Assembly (NCBI GenBank): GCA_012295275.1
Contig: CM022677.1
Coordinates: 5,270,001-5,334,000 of the forward strand
Direction: 5' to 3'
From: Chrysomallon squamiferum
Lineage: Eukaryota > Animalia > Mollusca
Length of the DNA stretch: 64,000 nucleotides
The stretch's first letter is position 1. Every line of letters begins with the position of its first letter. Positions 56,863 to 64,000 of the stretch are shown here, piece after piece. The notes beneath the pieces are model-generated. The model was not told the DNA's origin. It did not search any database and worked only from the letters and a program-made list of their open reading frames with translations. The position numbers and the translations under genes were made by a program.

Positions 56863-57068
56863 TCAATCTCAGGAACATATATATAAAGCTAAAATAACAA
56901 AATTAATTATAAAAGGCAGAAAGAGACTCAGAGACAGAGTAAGAGAGATGTAGATATATCTATCTATCTATCTAGATAGATAGATAGATAGATATAATTA
57001 TTTAAAAACATTTACAAAATTAAAATCAGTAACGATTACTTTTAATGAATCAAATGGCTACTACTGAC

Positions 57069-57587
57069 CACAAATGGCTTTCACAGCATCTGTACCAGCT
57101 GTTCTCAACCCATCTAAGTTAATGGTTGCTAGCTGAGTCAGTGACATCAACAAAGGTAATTGTCCAAAAGTACTAGAGTTTAGTTCTGCTTTTCTTAAAC
57201 TGACATGTTTAAAGTTTGTAAATTTCTCTGTGGACAGTTTCTTTGTGAGTCCATCAGCTTCATTAATGCCATACACCAGACTTGCAGAGAGAGAGAGTTT
57301 TCAAGAGCATGACAACAAAGACAAAAAGTAAAAAAGCAGTTTTTACATATTTAATAAACGACATACCTAATAAACAACTGGAGTTCAGACTTAGTTCCTG
57401 CAGAAAACTTGTGTCTGGTTTGGATTCTGGAATATCTGTAAATGAAAAATAATATCAAGAAACTTGGCAACTGTATTTTAACTATCAGCAGAAAAAGAAA
57501 AAACAAAATGAAGAAAAAATATAATAAGGAGAAATTTGTCAAATCTAAATAGTTAGAAATTGAAATACATGTGTGTGCATAAGATTT

Positions 57588-57658
<71 letters not shown>

Positions 57659-58475
57659 TAATATACAAATCTAAATTAACCATCAACAGTAAGTGTTTGG
57701 TTGTTAACTTTTGCATCATTCAGATGAAAAGCAATTGTCTTTGGATGATTGAAAACATCAGGCAAAAACTGAGTACACAATTTAGTGATCCCAGCTGGTA
57801 ATAAAAATAAATAATAACAAATAATAATAATAATAATAATAATAATTTACAATATGTAGAATCTACATAAGCAGAAAATAATGTATTTGTTATTATTAAA
57901 ATGTAGTTAGTAGAAGACATCATAATGTTTTAACAACAGTAATAATACCAACAGCTGTAGTAGTAGTTGTAGTAACACTAGCAATAGTTGACAGCACCAG
58001 TAGTAGATTTAGTATTAGTAACAGTAGTAGTTGTAGTAGTAGTAGTAACAGCAGCAGCAGAATTTGTAGTTGTGCTATTAGTGGAATTAGTAATAGTTTT
58101 AGTATTAATAGTACTAGTAGTAGTAACAGAGGCAGCAAAATTTGTAGTTCACTGGCTTGTACAGACTCTTTGACAGGATAGTACATACCACAGCCTCTAA
58201 GATACTTGACATGGTGCACTGAATGGAATATATGTACTCACTGACAGGATAGCACATAGCACAGCCTTTAATATAGCAGACATTATTCACTGGCTGGAAA
58301 AAGAGATAGTGCTGTGTTCACTGACAGGGATGGATCCCAAACTGACTGTGCATTAAGCAAAATCTTTACCACTATATCTAGCCCCACACATGTAATACTG
58401 AAATAAAAAATAAAATGTTTTTGTTTCTGTAATATTTTCAAATGACATGTTACTTTTCAGAATGTTCAAAAATTT

Positions 58476-58512
<37 letters not shown>

Positions 58513-61500
58513 TTGACATCCCTGCTATCAATTTATATTTTTGTTTCTTTGCTCCAAAAAAATACCTGAAAAAGTGAAGTTTCAGACCCTAGCAGCAGCC
58601 ATTTTCTTTTCACTATGAAATATCACATATGAAGTTGATCTAGATTACCTCCCCTGAACTATTTCAGAGACCTTTGTTGTGAGAACTAGGTCAGATTCAG
58701 ATAATAGCTATTTTCTAAGTTTAACTGAATATTCAGTTGGGTATTCTAAGTTTAACTGAATATTCAGTTGGGTAATGTGAAGTGGAAATTGCTTGCCAGA
58801 CTGGGTCATGTAACATTTGACTCGGAGCAATTGCAGACAAAATGGCTCTTGTGAAGTCATCTACACAGAAAGTCAAGCAATTTTTAATAAAACACCTCTA
58901 GTTTATGCAAGCAAACAAAGCAACATTGCAGCAAGAATCAACACTGAATCTGACTGCTTGTCAGCCACCTTAGTCTTTGTCTACTTTGGAACCTTTGATA
59001 TCAGAACATTTTGTTTTGTGAATAAAACTCACACAATTCAGACGTGGAACATGTGACTGTGTACTTGTTGCTGAGTGTTTGAAGTTTTCAAGCAAGAATG
59101 AGAAACATGTCTTTCTTCTTGTTTTTGCATTTACTGCTTTTCAGTCTGAATGCAACATTACTTGTGTACAGTCTTAAGTATTAGAGAACACACAATTGGT
59201 TAATACAGGTTCATAGTGGTTCAAACTGGTTCATAGAGAAACACACAGCAGCCGGTCAAAGTCAGTTCTCAGACAGTGAAATGTTATTTTATAGTAAGGA
59301 AGACATAGGAGATGTTCAGGAAATTTCTGTACCCCAAAAAAAAATTACTCTTTACATGTTCTTTTCTTATGAAAACAATGCAGAACATTAAAAATATAGT
59401 TTTATTAGTGACAGAATTTTATTATATTAAATACCAAGATTAATTATTTACATATTTTAAATATAATCTATTTAAAACTATATATTAACATGTATTAATA
59501 AAATACAAAAAGAAATATTAAAAATCCATATCCTATCAAATGCCACAATAAATTATTTTATTTACTGAATTTACACAACAACAAGGAAAGTTGACAGGAT
59601 AAAATAAATAAATAAGTAAAGAGATAAATAAAGTACCAAACTGTATTCTGAAAACACTGTCTTATTTCTGTTCATACAGTTTATTATATTAGTTTATGTA
59701 CAATTTTCTCACTTGTATGTATTATTTCTCTGAATGCAAGCAAGGTGTGTGTGTGTGTGTGTGTGTGTGTGTAACATCCAGTTATACACACAACTACACA
59801 CATTAGACTTTCAGAACCAGGAAAAATAACAAGAAACCCACCTCTAAAAACACAACAACATGGAAAACATAAAGATCACTAACTTAAATGATTCAGAAAC
59901 GAAAATTGGGATTTACAAAAGACAACAGGCAAAAAGGTCAAATTTGATTATAAAAAATGAAAATAATTAATAACAAAAAAAGGAACATTTATTTTGGGAT
60001 AAACACAAAACTCTTAAAGACTTTTGGTTCCAGTGTAAACATCTGGGATCAACATTTTCTTACTAGGAATTACCTACACTAATCCTGAAACTCTGACTCA
60101 GCAAACAGAAAAACAGTCTCTGTAAGAACAACAACCTGAAGCCAAATGAGTGAAAAAAAAAAAAGAAATTAAGAAAAACACCCATCTCACTTTTTAAATA
60201 TATCAGTGATATAACTCAAGTCATTAGCATGCAGCTACTGCAGTGTCCATCACCATAGGAACTCCAACCAGTTCTCATACCTCGCAAAACATGCAAACTT
60301 TCAGAAACTATATGAAGAAAATTGTAAACACAGCCCAACAAAAATAAATAATTTCAACAAAAGAACCTCCATTAACACAAAACATGTCTCTCACATGATA
60401 AACACCTAACATAGGCCTTTCCATTCTTGTTTGTCAAATTTAATAAAAACAGATGTTTGATTAAATAATTTCTAAAAAACATAACTTAAAATAACACAAT
60501 CATACAGGTTAAAAAAAATAAAAAATAAATAGCATACAGAGGAACAAACAAAACAAAAAGCAATACAGCAGTACAAAACAATTATATAAATTAATTAATT
60601 AATAGACTAATTGACTCACCAGCTGATAGATTGGCTGGCAGAACTTCAGAACAAATTTTAAAGTTCCACATTTTCTTGACACAAGGAATTAAACTGGTTC
60701 TGGCTGGAGTGGGCTGTTTGGAATGTGAAATTTCTGTTCAAACATAAAACAATAAATGAAAGTCTGTTGCAAGAAATGAACTCAGAAGATGTTGACGAAG
60801 ACAGGTTATACCAGCTTCAGAAATTACAATTTTACACTTGTCTACCAATGTGTTATAACTTTTCCTTCTGCTTCCACAATGTGTAGATGCTCAAATTGAT
60901 CTCCAAACACTCTCATTTTCTCTTCTGCTGGAAGACTGGCAGTTTGCTCTATCTTCTCACTGTTTGCACTGCCAGCAGAGATCTGTTTTCGAACAATAAA
61001 AGGACACATATGTTCCACAGACTGATAAATGATGACCTAAACAGGATTAAATATCAGTGTCGATGACATTAAACTGACAAGCGAAACTGAAGAAGACAAT
61101 TCACTTTTTCTAAAACATAAAAATGAATACAAAATTTAAAATAACAAACAAAAGCATATGCAATTAATTAATCTAAGAATTAATTCAATATCCTTAAAAT
61201 TATATTTACTCCTTTAAATACATTTCAGAACAGATTCCAGTAAATATCACTTAGACTGTTAGAAAAATTACACATTATTCAAATAAATTCTTACCCTGTG
61301 TTATAGCAGTCTATTGATACTCCATCCAAAGTGAAGATTTAGTCTCTCATGTAAGCAGTATTTTCAAATTACTCCCTTTGAATCCTGCAACTGACTCAGA
61401 CAAAATTAGTCATAATCTTGATGAAAATGCTGCAGAAATTGAACTATCCTTTCTCTATCTTCACATGTAAAAGTGTGTGAATTAATTTTCTTCTGCCAGA

Positions 61501-61771
61501 TTTCTTTTCTCTCTTGGCATTACCATTCAGTGTGCAATGCTTCAGTAAAGCTGTGAGTTTGTTCTGACTAATGCTGTAAACAAACAATAAAAGATATAAG
61601 CAGACACCCATAACCCCCCCCCACAAACACACATACACATGCACATTCAAATGTACTGTATAAAAATGAAGGAGAAATTACAAATTACCTGCTGCTTAAA
61701 TAGAAAAACACCTAATGAAAAACCGATACAAGTTCTCTCAGCTTTGTTCATGAGTGCCATATCCTTTTCAG
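57069..61771 (-). pseudogene. Unidentified multi-exon gene remnant, copy 2
   Basis: Colinear paralogue of 244-6007. A deletion at ~57285 into a (GA)n tract removes the last exon's acceptor, and the acceptor of the 68-nt exon is AG>GG (~60142). Confidence 0.6.
58148..58387 (-). mobile_element. Degenerate tRNA-derived SINE (MetaSINE-like), copy 2
   Basis: gacaggatagcacatagcacagcc..cactggctggaaaaagag..gggatggatcccaaactgactgtgcattaagc..tttaccact; decayed B-box/A-box-like head on the minus strand, with one extra core unit. Confidence 0.6.
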
Positions 61772-62792
61772 CTGCAAAACAAAACAAATCTAAATTCTTA
61801 CAATACTGATACAGCGGTAAATTATTTGCAATAAATGTCCTAATCTAGATTAAAAATATATATATATAAAAATCATTTTAATGAGTGTTGTTTAACCAGA
61901 TAAAATATATTACAATTTTCATTTAACATTTAAAATGTTTCTGATTTCCAAATTTAATTCTTAAGTCTATAACATGAATAAATAATATTACTCTAGAAGA
62001 ACTTACTTTTTTTGTTCTTCTTATGAATATCTATTACTGACATTTTCAACTTGAGACAAATCATCATTCAAGCTGATGATTATGCACATAACGTGCAAGG
62101 AAGTACAAGGAATGCGTTCAATTTTTCTTTTTAGTATTTTTTCATTATTTCATTATTTATTTTATTTTTATTTATTTATTTTTTATTTATTTATTTTTTA
62201 TTTATTCCCGGTAAGTAACCCTACCGGAATTGAAAAGAAAAAAAATAGCAAATACAAGATTATAGAGTTATCTCCCATGATAACTTGTTCCGTTAACCAA
62301 CCGATAATTCGTTAACGTAAAGCTCTAAAAGTTCGCTAGATTTGGCTTCAATTAATTGGTTGGCTTCAATTAAGCCAATTAAAGGTGCAATTGAAAAGGA
62401 AAAGCAATAGCAAACACTTTGTTACAGTGTTATCTCCTATGGTAACTTGTTCCGTTAACCAACCGATAATCCTTTAACACACGGGTTGGAAATGTTCACT
62501 ATAGCATTAGTGTTTATAAATAGATCTTTTATGTGAAATAAATAATGTTTTTCACATCCCAGTCCCCTAAACAGAATTTTGGTCACATTTGGTGACCTGG
62601 CGACTGGCCATTTCGAGTCCTGCATAATTATATCTCATGTTAAGAAATCTGTTTGTAACATAAACTATTATTTTAATACTGTTTAAATATTTCAGTCAGA
62701 AGATGTAACTTATTGCATCTCAGAAAAATGTCCACAGATCTTGGATTCAAAAGCTATAGTCACTATTGAGCCACAACATGTAACATCTACTG

Positions 62793-63106
62793 CAGTGCTG
62801 CCAAACGTCCGGCCCACGAAGCCTTAGAATCCGGCCCGCTAGTCAGTCTTCAGTTTATTCCTTAACATTAACGCAGACGCTTAATGCTGTTATTTTTCTT
62901 CGATGATGATTGGTTACTAATCAATAGTTTTCAGTTTGAAGAATGGAGTAGCGTTAGGTCTAAAAATAGTGTGTTTGCTGACATCGAAAAATTGATAAAA
63001 AGTGAAGTATCACAAAGTAGTTGTATTTAAAAAAATGTGAGTCCGGCCCACTGGCATCGTTTTTTCTTAAATCCGGCCCATGTTCGGAAAAGGTTGGGCA
63101 GCACTG
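62793..63106. mobile_element. 314-bp hAT (Charlie-like) MITE
   Basis: TIRs cagtgctgccaaac / gttgggcagcactg; perfect 8-bp TSD atctactg at 62785-62792 and 63107-63114; four subterminal tccggccc motifs. Confidence 0.92.
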
Positions 63107-63114
63107 ATCTACTG

Positions 63115-63370
63115 TAACAGACGACACAGATAATAGATCCCACCGTAATGGCCGTAACCCAGCATTAAATCCTCGTAAACATCTCCCCGATAATCAGAAT
63201 CATTTACCTTTTGCCCTTTATTGAGACAGAGCGGGATGTGAATATGACAGCTGATGAGAGACATCATCACAAGATGTAAATGCTGCTCCTGTAAGACGCT
63301 CATCTATGTCACGAGCTGATCAGCATCGTAATCCTCATAACCTACACCTCTCTGCAGTTGTTCTGGAAAG
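63115..63370 (+). mobile_element. Gypsy pol C-terminal remnant, duplicate
   Basis: AAPVRRSSMSRADQHRNPHNLHLSAV; paralogue of 7225-7480. Confidence 0.5.
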
Positions 63371-64000
63371 TATGGCAACATTTTAAGTTGAGAAATTTCT
63401 AGAATAGAGAAATAATAACCAATGGGTCCTATTCTATAATGCTTAGATTATGTAATGTTTTAAAGTATTTAGTGTGGAGCAAAAGCTAGCAAGATATATT
63501 AACATGACTGCTTCTTATTGGGAGATTTCATTAGCACTGGGAAGTGTATGGTCATGTGATATGACCATATATGGTAACTGCTGAATGGCGTTTTGGCAGG
63601 TTCCATTAAACCCGTACGGATAATTAGCGTATGAAAGCTTAGTGAGTACATCTCAGGTAAAGGACATAACTCTAACCTAAGTTTGTGAGTACATCTCACG
63701 TAAGGGAAATAACTCTAATCGATATAATTTTTTCTTCGCGGCGTAAACTTCTCCCACATCCGGGTGATACGTCACGGGTTATGATATTTTTATATATAAA
63801 AAACTGATTTTTCCTCAATCGTGGATCGAATCTCGGCGTTTGTGGATGTTCCATTTATCCCGTACGGATAATTAGCGTACGTAAGCTTAGGGAGTACATC
63901 TCATGTAAGGGGCGTAACTCTAATCTATGTTTGTGAACACGTATCACTAAAGGGCGATAACTAATTGATGTAATTTTTACTTTGCTCTGTAAGGGACATA

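Larger units (their letters stand above)
56820..63730 (+). repeat. Segmental duplication block A, second copy
   Basis: Matches 1-7800; for example the ORFs at 236-451/57061-57276 and 2942-3181/58817-59056 are near-identical. Confidence 0.95.

Noticed and set aside
58320-58387. tRNA gene
   Set aside because: Decayed SINE head; no intact cloverleaf.

Overview
AT-rich, microsatellite-dense animal DNA, probably mollusc (inferred only from a SINE and a repeat motif recognised from memory). It lies in three contigs separated by 200-N gaps (12297-12496, 37635-37834). No intact protein-coding gene is supported, and most ORF-track entries are simple-repeat translations. The window is a mosaic of segmental duplications carrying broken gene pieces. 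These are three intronless prolyl 4-hydroxylase alpha (P4HA-like) pseudogenes, each behind a 42-bp ACGTG-containing minisatellite; two CAMSAP/Patronin coiled-coil exon copies; a four-exon MCC-like fragment; and two copies of an unidentified minus-strand spliced gene. Mobile DNA includes two Mutator-like remnants, a hAT MITE with TIRs and an 8-bp TSD, a Gypsy pol remnant and tRNA-SINE remnants, and several tandem arrays appear to have grown out of these elements. Family assignments come from hand translation and recalled motifs, not database searches. The best candidate system is a repeatedly duplicated minisatellite + intronless P4HA module whose functional relatives may lie nearby.
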